Shown here piece after piece: positions 8,640 to 17,597 of a stretch of DNA of 26,545 nt. This DNA comes from a virus. Its lineage: Duplodnaviria; Caudoviricetes. The notes beneath the pieces are model-generated. The model saw only the letters and a program-made list of their open reading frames with translations, was not told where the DNA came from and ran no database searches. A program made the translations under genes and the position numbers. The stretch covers positions 1 to 26,545 of the IMG/VR virus record IMGVR_UViG_3300048011_000149. One strand, 5' to 3'. Positions within the stretch are counted from its first letter, which is position 1. Every line of letters starts with the position of its first letter.

Positions 8640-9328
8640 TGGAGTATAACGAAGCATTAGGTGCAGGACTTGTACAACAGTTCTATGATAATCGTGAACA
8701 ATATAGAGCACCCAAAAGTGTACCAAAAGCACCGCCAAAGCCTTTAAGCTCTCCGAAGCCTCAGGAAGACTTTGAAATTCCTTCAGAAGAGGAGTTTATG
8801 GATACAGGTAAAACTATACAACTTGGTGCTGAATGGTGGGCAAAGTTTTACAATGCTGAAACAAGCCCTTTGGAAGAAAGAGTTCACAACTATGATGCAG
8901 CTCAATCTATCGAGCCTACACAGATTGTCAAAGATGTTACTGACTACGCTATAAATAGTGGTGCTTTTGATTATGAAATGCAGGACTTAGGTATAAATAA
9001 AGAAGACCTTAGAGAAGGAATGCTTAATATAGCTAAGATAGAAACCTCTGGTGGTCATTTATCTAAAGAGAAACAAGTGAGTGCCACAGGAGCGCAAGGT
9101 TTATTTCAAGTAGTTGAGAGTACAGCCAGAGGCGTTCTTAATAAAGGTAATTATTTTGGTGAAGGGGCTGCGAAAGCTGCTGGAACTACTCTGGCAGAAT
9201 TAAGAGCGATGTCTAGGCCACAACTACAAAAATATCTCCTAAACAATGATAAAGCAAACGCATTATTTGCTACTGCTATTATCATGCAAAAAATTAAACA
9301 TAATAAAAATAAAAGTTTATCAATATAA
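8639..9328 (+). CDS. Lytic transglycosylase (SLT) / lysozyme-like protein
   Basis: IAKIETSGG (candidate catalytic Glu) and SATGAQGLFQVVESTA match SLT motifs I and II; TAATG-coupled to portal with GGAGG RBS. Confidence 0.75.
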   Translation: MEYNEALGAGLVQQFYDNREQYRAPKSVPKAPPKPLSSPKPQEDFEIPSEEEFMDTGKTIQLGAEWWAKFYNAETSPLEERVHNYDAAQSIEPTQIVKDVTDYAINSGAFDYEMQDLGINKEDLREGMLNIAKIETSGGHLSKEKQVSATGAQGLFQVVESTARGVLNKGNYFGEGAAKAAGTTLAELRAMSRPQLQKYLLNNDKANALFATAIIMQKIKHNKNKSLSI

Positions 9329-9349
9329 TTTAAAACTAAAGAGACTATT

Positions 9350-10141
9350 ATGGATCAAATATCTACACACGAAGAAGTAGCTCCTGATGCAGAAGCACAG
9401 GCAGCACACGAAGCTGAGATGGTAAAGGTTGCTGAAGAGTTAGAGGTTAAGAATAACCCTGACGCTGAACAACGTCCTGACTGGCTACCAGAGAAATTTA
9501 AGTCTGCCGAACAGATGGCAGAGGCGTATGCTAACTTAGAATCAAAACTAGGTAGCAACGAGCAAGCAGAAGAAGCGCCAACAGAACCTACTCCTGAACT
9601 GACTGAGCAAGCCGAGGCTGGTGATGTCCAACAAGCAGTAGAGAATGCAGGTGTTGATTTTAATTCGCTACAAAATGAATACAACGAACAAGGAGCAATC
9701 ACTGAAGACTCTTACGCTAAGTTAGAGGAAGCAGGGTTCTCAAAAGATTTGGTTGATAGTTGGATCAAAGGTCAAGAAGCCTTAACCGCTAACTACCAAA
9801 AGGCTGTCTACGATGTTGTAGGTGGTCAAGAAGCTTACGGAGACTTAACGTCATGGGCAGCAGATAACCTCAGTGATGGGGAGATTGCAGCTTTTGATAA
9901 AGCCGTAACTTCAGGAGACGTTGATATGGTCAAGATGGCTGTGTCGGGATTACAAACAAAGTATCAAGCTGCCGAGGGTACAGATCCAACACTACTAAGT
10001 GAAGGGCAATCCAGTAACTCTACAGGTGGTGTGTTCAACTCATGGGCAGAAGTAACTGCCGCTATGAACGACACCCGATACGAAAGTGATGTCGCATATC
10101 GCCAAAAGATTTCTGCCAAGCTTGGTAGGAGTCAACTGTAA
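9350..10141 (+). CDS. Capsid assembly scaffolding protein (T7 gp9-like)
   Basis: Acidic; RPDWLPEKFKS, YANLESKLG, VGGQEAY..WA, AMNDTRY..D.AYRQ motifs; precedes capsid. Confidence 0.95.
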   Translation: MDQISTHEEVAPDAEAQAAHEAEMVKVAEELEVKNNPDAEQRPDWLPEKFKSAEQMAEAYANLESKLGSNEQAEEAPTEPTPELTEQAEAGDVQQAVENAGVDFNSLQNEYNEQGAITEDSYAKLEEAGFSKDLVDSWIKGQEALTANYQKAVYDVVGGQEAYGDLTSWAADNLSDGEIAAFDKAVTSGDVDMVKMAVSGLQTKYQAAEGTDPTLLSEGQSSNSTGGVFNSWAEVTAAMNDTRYESDVAYRQKISAKLGRSQL

Positions 10142-10152
10142 CAAGTCTCTTT

Positions 10153-10173
10153 GCCCTCTTCGGAGGGTTTTTT
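10153..10173 (+). terminator. Rho-independent terminator after scaffold gene
   Basis: GCCCTC-TTCG-GAGGGT hairpin with UUCG tetraloop, running into a T6 tract. Confidence 0.8.
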
Positions 10174-10174
10174 A

Positions 10175-10270
10175 ATTCTAAAAGTACGACAACACGCAAT
10201 ACTATTACCTTTGACCCTCCGAGGAGGATAATCTCAGAGAACGCATGAGTGTTAAGTGACTGAGTAGAAT
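10175..10270 (+). promoter_or_regulatory. Structured leader upstream of the major capsid gene
   Basis: Nested pairings ATTCTA/TAGAAT, AACAC/GTGTT, CTTTGA/TCAGAG and apical CCTC-CGAG-GAGG. Confidence 0.55.
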
Positions 10271-10308
10271 CTTAATCATTTAAACATTTAACTAAAAGGT
10301 AAAACATT

Positions 10309-11226
10309 ATGTCAAGTAACTATGCTGCACCCTCACGATTGGGTGAAAACGCTGGAACAAGCACTAACGCTAAAGAACTCTTTTTAAAGACGTTCACTGG
10401 TGAAGTCTTAACTGCGTTCAATACTAACAACATCGCAATGCCATTACACCGTGTACGCACAATCTCTCAAGGTTCTAGCGCACAATTTCCATTAACAGGT
10501 ATCGCTACTACTGCAACTCTTGCGGCTGGTAACGAAGTAGTACCTAGTGCTATCGCTCACAGTGAGAAAGTAGTAAACATCAATGATCTTCTAACGTCTT
10601 CTGTTTTCATTGCGAAAATTGATGATGCGATGAACCATTACGATGTTCGCTCAATCTACTCTGCTGAAATTGGTACTGCTCTAGCTAAAGCTGCTGACGT
10701 TGCTATCTTCGGTCAGATTGCTGCCGCAACTGATGACACTGCTGAGTACGCTCAAGGTGCATCACAGAACAACGCTGATGTTGAGTTTGAAGGCACAGGT
10801 GCTGCAACAACTGGTTCACAAGTAGCTGATGGTATCTTCGCAGCCTTAGAAGCTCTTGATACTAAGAACGTTACTGGTGAGAAGTATGTAGTATTAGATG
10901 CTGATACTTACTACCGCTTGTTTACTGGTACGGTTTCTAACCTTGCTGGTGTGATGAGTTCAGACTTCGGTTCTGGTGGTAACTTAAACGCTGGTACTGT
11001 TCCACAAATCGGCGGCGCTAAAGTATACATGTCTAACAACCTACCTGCAGGTTCTAAAGGCTTAGTATTTACTAAAGACGCTGCTGCGACTGTTAAGTTA
11101 TTAGACTTGGCTGTTGAGTCAGAGTACCAAGTTTCACGACAAGGTACACTAATGGTAGCTCGTTACGCAATGGGTCATAGCTCATTACGTCCTGAGTGTG
11201 CTGTTAAATTAGTAAACGCATCTTAA
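10309..11226 (+). CDS. Major capsid protein (T7 gp10-like)
   Basis: LFLKTFTGEVLTAF, RTISQGSSAQFP, HYDVRS.YS.EIG.ALA, YAMGH..LRPECAV motifs; AAGG RBS. Confidence 0.97.
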   Translation: MSSNYAAPSRLGENAGTSTNAKELFLKTFTGEVLTAFNTNNIAMPLHRVRTISQGSSAQFPLTGIATTATLAAGNEVVPSAIAHSEKVVNINDLLTSSVFIAKIDDAMNHYDVRSIYSAEIGTALAKAADVAIFGQIAAATDDTAEYAQGASQNNADVEFEGTGAATTGSQVADGIFAALEALDTKNVTGEKYVVLDADTYYRLFTGTVSNLAGVMSSDFGSGGNLNAGTVPQIGGAKVYMSNNLPAGSKGLVFTKDAAATVKLLDLAVESEYQVSRQGTLMVARYAMGHSSLRPECAVKLVNAS

Positions 11227-11234
11227 TTGTGTTT

Positions 11235-11273
11235 GAGAGCACCCCTTCGGGGGTGTTTCTCTCTTTATTTTTT
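11235..11273 (+). terminator. T-phi-like terminator after capsid gene
   Basis: GAGCACCCC-TTCG-GGGGTGTTT hairpin followed by a T-rich tract, in the position of T7 T-phi. Confidence 0.85.
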
Positions 11274-11286
11274 CATTGAGGTAAAC

Positions 11287-11910
11287 ATGACAACTCCTAC
11301 AACAAAACTGGAAGCAGTGAACTCTATGCTGTCTACTATTGGTGAAGCACCAGTAAACAGTTTAACATCTGGCTTAGTAGATGCCGAGACTGCTGAGACA
11401 ATTCTCAATGAAGTGTCAAGAAGCGTCCAAGCTCATGGCTGGAACTTTAACTCGGAACCAGATTATACCGTTGCTGCTGACACTAGCGGTAATGTTGTAC
11501 TCCCTACAGAGATCATTAGAGCTGATTTAGCTAACTCTGAGACGAAGTACAGAAGCTCTAAGCAAGAGTACATCCAACGTGGCAACAAGATGTACGATAA
11601 GATTAAACATAGTTTTAACATAGGCAAAGCACTCAAGCTTGATGTGGTTGTCCTATTAGATTTTGAAGTATGTCCTGAAGTAGCAAGACGCTACATCACT
11701 GTTAAAGCTGCACGTATCTTTCAAGAGCGAGTAGTTGGTAGTGATTCACTATCAGCAATGAACAGGAATGATGAACAAGAAGCCTTATTCGTTCTCCGAG
11801 AGATGGAAGGGGATAACGGTGATTATAATATATTCGATGATTACGGTACTGCAAGTGTACTTGATCGTTCCATTGGAACAAAGGTGATAACAAATGGCTC
11901 TAGTTTCTAA
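11287..11910 (+). CDS. Tail tubular protein A (T7 gp11-like)
   Basis: LEAVNSMLSTIGEAPV, GWNFN, RRYITVKAARIFQ motifs; ATG 11287 follows GAGGT. Confidence 0.95.
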   Translation: MTTPTTKLEAVNSMLSTIGEAPVNSLTSGLVDAETAETILNEVSRSVQAHGWNFNSEPDYTVAADTSGNVVLPTEIIRADLANSETKYRSSKQEYIQRGNKMYDKIKHSFNIGKALKLDVVVLLDFEVCPEVARRYITVKAARIFQERVVGSDSLSAMNRNDEQEALFVLREMEGDNGDYNIFDDYGTASVLDRSIGTKVITNGSSF

Positions 11911-14866
11911 GAACATCCCAAACCTCATCAATGGGGTTTCTCAACAACCACCAGCTTTGCGTTTAGCAAGCCAAGCAGAAGCACAGGAAAACGGTTTCTC
12001 TGATATTGTTGATGGATTAAAGAAACGCCCACCTACACAGTTAAAGAATAAGTTAAAGAAAACATTACCTAACGGCTCTAGTTATCTCAGTGTATCAGAA
12101 ATAAGCAGATCGCACTTTCACACTTATAAAAGAAGCGTGGATGAACAGTACACCGTAGTAACTGACCCAGTAACTCCTAAGATGTACGTCTACGATATTG
12201 ACGGAAAGCTTCGATATGAGTCTGGTGTCGCTAGTTGGGATGCGTCAGGTACGGAGATAGCTACAAACAGCGATAACCTAGCTGCGTACTTTGGAACTGC
12301 CGCCATAACTGATAAACAAATAGCAGCTACTTCTGTTTCGGATGCTACCTTCTTCGTTAATAAAGATAAAGTAGTTGCAACGGATACGTCCACCCCTTCT
12401 TTTGTAAGACCTTGGGAAGGGATGTTTTATATCAAATCAGCGTCTTATCGCTCAGAGTACCGTGTTTATGTTAAACAAGATGGGTTATCTGAATGTGTTG
12501 GGGGTGTAACTACGTTAAATAATGAACACCCTAACAACGTAGTGACCTTGGGTACTGGTAATATAATGAATTTTCTGACTAATTCTTCGGATAACCCAAC
12601 AACTACAAATTTCGCTTTTGAGGATGGGTTGTTTAGATCAGATAATACTGCTAGGTTAGTAGGTATTACTAGGAACTATACAGACGGTGCTTCCTTCGCT
12701 GTTTTAGAAAGCACAACAAATGCTTTTGATATGCGATCTCGTGATGACCAAGGGGATACAAACTTATTCACTCATAAAGATACAGCAGCTAGTTTTACTA
12801 CACTCCCTAAGACTTGTAGGGATGGTTTTGTTATCCAAGTGAATGGAGACAACCAAAAGAAAGAAGATGATTTCTATGTGCAGTTTGTAGGAACAGGGAA
12901 CCAAGGAACATGGAAAGAGTGTCCAGCTCCTTCACGGCCAAGTAATCCTGTCTACCATTCGTTTGACGCAGCTACAATGCCCCACACGTTAAAACAAAAC
13001 GCTGACCTAAGCTTTAGTTTTGGTGCAAGCACATGGGATGACAGAAAATGCGGAGATGAGGATACTAACCCATTCCCAAGTTTTGTTGGTAGTAAAATTA
13101 ATGATGTATTTTTCCACCGTAATCGCTTAGGTTTCCTAGCAGATGAAAATGTTATCTTTAGTGAAGCCAGTAGTTACTTTAACTTCTTCCGAGTAACGGT
13201 AAGAAGCTTACTTGACTCAGCTCCTATTGATTTAGCGGTTAGCCAGAATGAGGTATCAATCCTCAAGGCTGCTGTACCAGCTCAAGATGATCTAATACTC
13301 TTCTCCGATTTAACACAGTTCACTCTATCTGCTGACTCTCTCTTAACACCCTCAGAGGTTATTATAGACCAGTCAACTAAGTATGAGTGTGATTTAACAT
13401 CTGCCCCAGTCGGTGCAGGTACAAGTGTATTCTTTACAACTAAGAGTGGTGACTATTCAGGTGTCCGAGAGTTCTTTACTAAAGACGACTCTGATAACAA
13501 AGATGCTCCGTCAATCACCTCACACGTTCCTGAGTATATAACGGGTACTGTAAGACAGATGATAGCATCTTCTAATGAAGATATATTGTTATGTTTAACA
13601 GAAACAAACAAGAAAGAATGTTACGTGTACAAATGGTACAACTCTGATCAAGAACGTATACAAAGCTCTTGGTCTAAATGGGTATTCGCAAAAGATATTA
13701 AGCACGTTTTCTTTAATAACGATACCTTAACCATAGTCTTTATGGATGGCTCTTTTGAAGAAATGAGTTTAGCGAGTTCGCAAGAAACCACCACTTACCA
13801 AGAAGCCACCCAAACAGTTATTAGCGGTACTTCTGGCTTATATCAAGATGGGTACTTAGGTTATGTACACACTAGGAAAGGTTATGCCTCAAACTTATCA
13901 GGTTCAGGAACCGCAGCAAGTAGTTACTTACTACAAGCCTATGTTCATGCAACTACTTATGTAGGTGGAGGAGTAACTAACCCCTACAAAGCAAGAGTAA
14001 GAGCTTTACAATCTTTGTTCTCTGGGGCTTCTGCTTATTCCAATGCAGATTTACCTGTAAGTATTAAAATAACTAATAACAACACTGGTCATGTTTTTAC
14101 AAAAGCTATAGTTGTGGCAGTGCCCCTAAGCAGTAATTATTTTTTGGCCTCTACTTCTGATGATTTTGTAGACTTTGATGTCGTTATAGATAGCACACTC
14201 TACGCTGCTATGTTTAATGGTAGCTACACAGTAGATTTTGTTTACGCAACCGCCACTGTAAGTGTGCAGAGTGGCTCTAACCCTGTGCTACTAGATCACC
14301 GTAAAACTTTATCAGGGCTGGCTAACCAATCAGCTTTACTGAGTGTTTATGATGCTACAACTAACTCACGTTATGTTGATCATAAAGGAAACCTATTAGC
14401 ATCAGGAACTCCTGCGGATGATAGTGTTTTGTTTACTTATTTAGCAGGCACACACATAGCTAATGGTGCTACAGTAGCTAACTACGTTTATGCTGGCGAA
14501 GCTTATGATTTTAATTATAAATTCTCTGAGCAAGTCTTCAAAGCAGGCGACAATGATCCTACACGTATGGCTCGTCACCAGTTAAGAAGTATAGGATTAA
14601 ACTACAATGACACAGGTAACTTTAATGTGACAGTCTCCTCAACAGGCAGGGACGATAAAGTAACTAACTTTACTGGTCGTATCTTAGGGCAGTCTGATAA
14701 CCTCTTAGGTTACTCTCCAGTAGTTGAAGACGGTACACTCAAAGTTGGTATACAATCTCAAGCACAAGAAACAACTATAACTATAAACAACGATAGTCAT
14801 CTACCTAGCACGTTCCAAAACGCTGAAGTAGAAGCTTTCGTCACTTTAAGAAACAAAAGGATGTAA
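11894..14866 (+). CDS. Tail tubular protein B / nozzle (T7 gp12-like), 990 aa
   Basis: IPNLINGVSQQP, GLKKRPP, TMPH.L, PSFVG, FFHRNRLGFL, QSSWSKW motifs. Confidence 0.95.
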   Translation: MALVSKNIPNLINGVSQQPPALRLASQAEAQENGFSDIVDGLKKRPPTQLKNKLKKTLPNGSSYLSVSEISRSHFHTYKRSVDEQYTVVTDPVTPKMYVYDIDGKLRYESGVASWDASGTEIATNSDNLAAYFGTAAITDKQIAATSVSDATFFVNKDKVVATDTSTPSFVRPWEGMFYIKSASYRSEYRVYVKQDGLSECVGGVTTLNNEHPNNVVTLGTGNIMNFLTNSSDNPTTTNFAFEDGLFRSDNTARLVGITRNYTDGASFAVLESTTNAFDMRSRDDQGDTNLFTHKDTAASFTTLPKTCRDGFVIQVNGDNQKKEDDFYVQFVGTGNQGTWKECPAPSRPSNPVYHSFDAATMPHTLKQNADLSFSFGASTWDDRKCGDEDTNPFPSFVGSKINDVFFHRNRLGFLADENVIFSEASSYFNFFRVTVRSLLDSAPIDLAVSQNEVSILKAAVPAQDDLILFSDLTQFTLSADSLLTPSEVIIDQSTKYECDLTSAPVGAGTSVFFTTKSGDYSGVREFFTKDDSDNKDAPSITSHVPEYITGTVRQMIASSNEDILLCLTETNKKECYVYKWYNSDQERIQSSWSKWVFAKDIKHVFFNNDTLTIVFMDGSFEEMSLASSQETTTYQEATQTVISGTSGLYQDGYLGYVHTRKGYASNLSGSGTAASSYLLQAYVHATTYVGGGVTNPYKARVRALQSLFSGASAYSNADLPVSIKITNNNTGHVFTKAIVVAVPLSSNYFLASTSDDFVDFDVVIDSTLYAAMFNGSYTVDFVYATATVSVQSGSNPVLLDHRKTLSGLANQSALLSVYDATTNSRYVDHKGNLLASGTPADDSVLFTYLAGTHIANGATVANYVYAGEAYDFNYKFSEQVFKAGDNDPTRMARHQLRSIGLNYNDTGNFNVTVSSTGRDDKVTNFTGRILGQSDNLLGYSPVVEDGTLKVGIQSQAQETTITINNDSHLPSTFQNAEVEAFVTLRNKRM

Positions 14867-14868
14867 AC

Positions 14869-15342
14869 ATGGGACACCACTACAGACCTGCAAGGTTTGA
14901 GGACTGCCGAGCTATGGCTCCTCATATGCGTTCACAGGACGCTAATGAAGTTATGGCTAGTCACGGCTTTAAACCCTACGATGCTCTCAAAGAGTCTTAC
15001 AGAGCCTCTCAGGAGCATAATAGCATCATCCACGAAGATGGAAGTGTTGTGGCGATGTTTGGTGTGTCTGATTATGGTTCTTACGCTGTCCCTTGGATGC
15101 TCGGTACAGATAAGTTATTAGAGACTAAACGTACCATGATACCTGTAGCAAAGCAGTGGGTAGATGAAATACTAGAAAGATACCCACTTCTTTTTAATTA
15201 CGTTCATGCAGATAATACAGTATCGAAGAGATGGCTCAAGTCATTAGGATTTGAATTTATAAAATTAGAAGAAGAATATGGAGTAGGGAAAGAACCCTTT
15301 ATCCAGTTCGTGAGGATTAAAAAATGTGTGCACCTTTATTAG
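14869..15342 (+). CDS. T7 gp13-like internal virion protein A (GNAT-like fold)
   Basis: MRSQDANE, PWMLGT, LFNYVHADN..SKRWLKSLGFEF motifs; follows gp12. Confidence 0.88.
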   Translation: MGHHYRPARFEDCRAMAPHMRSQDANEVMASHGFKPYDALKESYRASQEHNSIIHEDGSVVAMFGVSDYGSYAVPWMLGTDKLLETKRTMIPVAKQWVDEILERYPLLFNYVHADNTVSKRWLKSLGFEFIKLEEEYGVGKEPFIQFVRIKKCVHLY

Positions 15343-15962
15343 CAGCAATCCCTACCATTATTGGTGGAGCAGGCTCAACAGCAGCTACAGCCGCAGCCGC
15401 ATCGGCATCTTCTGCCGCATTGGCTAGTGGAGCAACAGCCGCAGCAGCCACAGCCGCAGGAACAGCAGCAAGCGCAGCCACAGTTACAGCCGCATGGGGT
15501 ACATTAGGTACTGCCGCAAGTTTAGCCGCTTCAGTTGGTGGTACAGTAATGAGCGCAAAGGCTCAAAACGATACGGCTGAAATGAATGCGAGAAACGCAA
15601 ACATCGCAGCTATGCAGCAAGATCAACAAATAAATTTACAACAAAGCCAACTGCAAGAGAAATCAGCAGGAGAGTTAATTGAAAACCAGTTACAAACACG
15701 CCAAGCTTTAGCAAGAGCAGATATGGCAGCTATTAACTCTGGTGGTGTGTTAAACAACGATGCCATAGGGCAGAGCATTATGAGACAAGGACTTGTAACT
15801 GATACAGCAATCTTACAGAACCTTGACCGTGAAATAGACCAGTTTGGTTTAGATCGTAAAGGTGTAAGATCCACAGCACAGTCACGTATCAACTCTGTAT
15901 CGGCTTCTAGTAATACCGCAACTGGTCTTCAGATAGCAGGTGACATCGCATCAGTAGCATAA
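15324..15962 (+). CDS. Internal virion protein B (T7 gp14-like)
   Basis: MC.P start, Ala-rich N-terminus, Gln-rich helical region; synteny. Confidence 0.8.
   Translation: MCAPLLAAIPTIIGGAGSTAATAAAASASSAALASGATAAAATAAGTAASAATVTAAWGTLGTAASLAASVGGTVMSAKAQNDTAEMNARNANIAAMQQDQQINLQQSQLQEKSAGELIENQLQTRQALARADMAAINSGGVLNNDAIGQSIMRQGLVTDTAILQNLDREIDQFGLDRKGVRSTAQSRINSVSASSNTATGLQIAGDIASVA
15378..15494 (+). repeat. Degenerate Ala/Thr codon repeat within gp14
   Basis: ACAGCCGCA at 15387, 15435, 15450 and 15486, among GCA/GCC runs. Confidence 0.6.
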
Positions 15963-15975
15963 ATAGGATAAATTA

Positions 15976-17589
15976 ATGGCAACTTCAATCGAACAATCAC
16001 TAAACTGGCGCAACGTATCAACTAAGCCAGATTACAAAGTTGCGGCTAGACGAGTAGATACTTTTGTACAACCAGAGAGCGACACCAGAGGTGTTCAAAT
16101 AGCCAAAGCTCTTGGTCAGGCCGCTGGTGGATTCAATACCCTCGCTAATAGCAAAAAAGCAGAAACTAAAGCTATACAAGTAGCGGCAGACAAAGCACAA
16201 GCAAAAGCAGCGGAACAAGTGTCCTTATTAGAAGCTATGAATGCCTCTAATGAAGGAGAGCGTTGGAAGCCTGTAATAAAAGAATTTACAGAGACATACG
16301 ATCATGGCCTACAAGATGGTCAGCGTCCTTCTCCAGAAGAAGTGTGGTCTGCTTTTAATACAGCTTATCCTGACTATCAAGAATCTATGAACAACCTTCA
16401 GACACTTAAAGGTAAGACAGCTTTTGGTGATGTTACTGGCGATGTGTTTAATAAAACTTTCAGTGAAGCTAATATCGCTAGAGAGCGTGTTGATGAAGAG
16501 AACGCACTCAACAATAACATCCTAACCAAACTCCAAGTGGTCACACTTAGCTCACAGTCAGTAGAGTTTACTGAGTTTATGAGACAGGTTGATAAAGACA
16601 TTATGAGCTTTGATCGTTCACCTCAAGAAGCCTATACAACTCTTGGTAATGTTGCATCAATCGCAGCAAGAGAGAACGGTGACTTTAGAGTCTATGACTA
16701 TCTACTAGGTGATGCCCGTGGTGGTAAAGCTATAGGTGGTGTTAAAGAACGTGAAGCATGGTTGAAAGAAAAGAATATAATTAAAGCACAACGAGCGCAG
16801 CAAAAGAACCAACGTAACACAGAGATTGCTGACAAGCTTAAAGCTGATAAAGTTGCATTAGCACAAGAAGGTGCTGCTCTCTTTAACAGTGGTGTTCCTG
16901 TAACAGGTGAACAGCAAGCTGAGTTAATTCAAAAGTACATTAATCAAGGTGTACCTAACGCAGATAGCTTAGTCAACACTATGGCTAGTAATTACAGAGC
17001 CATCCAAAAGGTAGTTATGACTCCTGAACAAGAGAGTAACGTCTGGCAAGGTTTCATTGCAGCAGGTTCGCCTGACAGTCAAAGGAACTTTATTCAAGCT
17101 CAAGTAAACAACAAAACAATCAGTCAAGGATTAGCTACTCAGTTGTACAGTCGTCTAGGTAATTCTAACGATAAGTTCTTATTACAAGATGTAGTTTACA
17201 AGGAATACTTTAAAGGCGTGGAAACCCTGTCTAAGAAGTCTACTGGTTTTAGAGGAGCTTTAGAAGATAATATCGAATTTGCTTATATAAGACCTTTATT
17301 CCAAAAGAAATACTTAGAGATGGCTACTTCTCCTGATTGGAAAGATAAAGACCCAAATGTGGAGCTTGCAAACCTTTTCAATGCTATGCGTGAGCTTAAA
17401 GAAATTAACAAAAAAGATTTCCTTAGTGACGGTAAGACAGTTAATAATCAGAACGATGAGCAACAGTTAGCTGAACTGATGAACCGTAAGCTCGTACCTA
17501 ATCAAGCAGCTTTAGAGCAATGGGAAATACATAACCAAGACCCCAAGTTTTTAGAAATGTGGGACAAGAAATACGAAAGACCTAACTAG
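15976..17589 (+). CDS. Internal virion protein C (T7 gp15-like)
   Basis: Helical-looking 537-aa ORF between gp14 and gp16 positions; N-terminal VDTFVQP...IAKAL; call is mainly synteny. Confidence 0.72.
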   Translation: MATSIEQSLNWRNVSTKPDYKVAARRVDTFVQPESDTRGVQIAKALGQAAGGFNTLANSKKAETKAIQVAADKAQAKAAEQVSLLEAMNASNEGERWKPVIKEFTETYDHGLQDGQRPSPEEVWSAFNTAYPDYQESMNNLQTLKGKTAFGDVTGDVFNKTFSEANIARERVDEENALNNNILTKLQVVTLSSQSVEFTEFMRQVDKDIMSFDRSPQEAYTTLGNVASIAARENGDFRVYDYLLGDARGGKAIGGVKEREAWLKEKNIIKAQRAQQKNQRNTEIADKLKADKVALAQEGAALFNSGVPVTGEQQAELIQKYINQGVPNADSLVNTMASNYRAIQKVVMTPEQESNVWQGFIAAGSPDSQRNFIQAQVNNKTISQGLATQLYSRLGNSNDKFLLQDVVYKEYFKGVETLSKKSTGFRGALEDNIEFAYIRPLFQKKYLEMATSPDWKDKDPNVELANLFNAMRELKEINKKDFLSDGKTVNNQNDEQQLAELMNRKLVPNQAALEQWEIHNQDPKFLEMWDKKYERPN

Positions 17590-17597
17590 GATTTATT

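Noticed and set aside
10211-10232. TTGACC...GATAAT resembling a sigma70 promoter
   Set aside because: Spacer is only 10 nt; better explained as part of the RNA hairpin.
11224-11289. Capsid stop is in frame with an open stretch running into tail tubular protein A (possible read-through or 10B-like extension)
   Set aside because: Only 20 stop-free codons, which is plausible by chance. The stop is TAA, no slippery sequence is visible, the interval holds a terminator, and gp11 has its own RBS and ATG at 11287.
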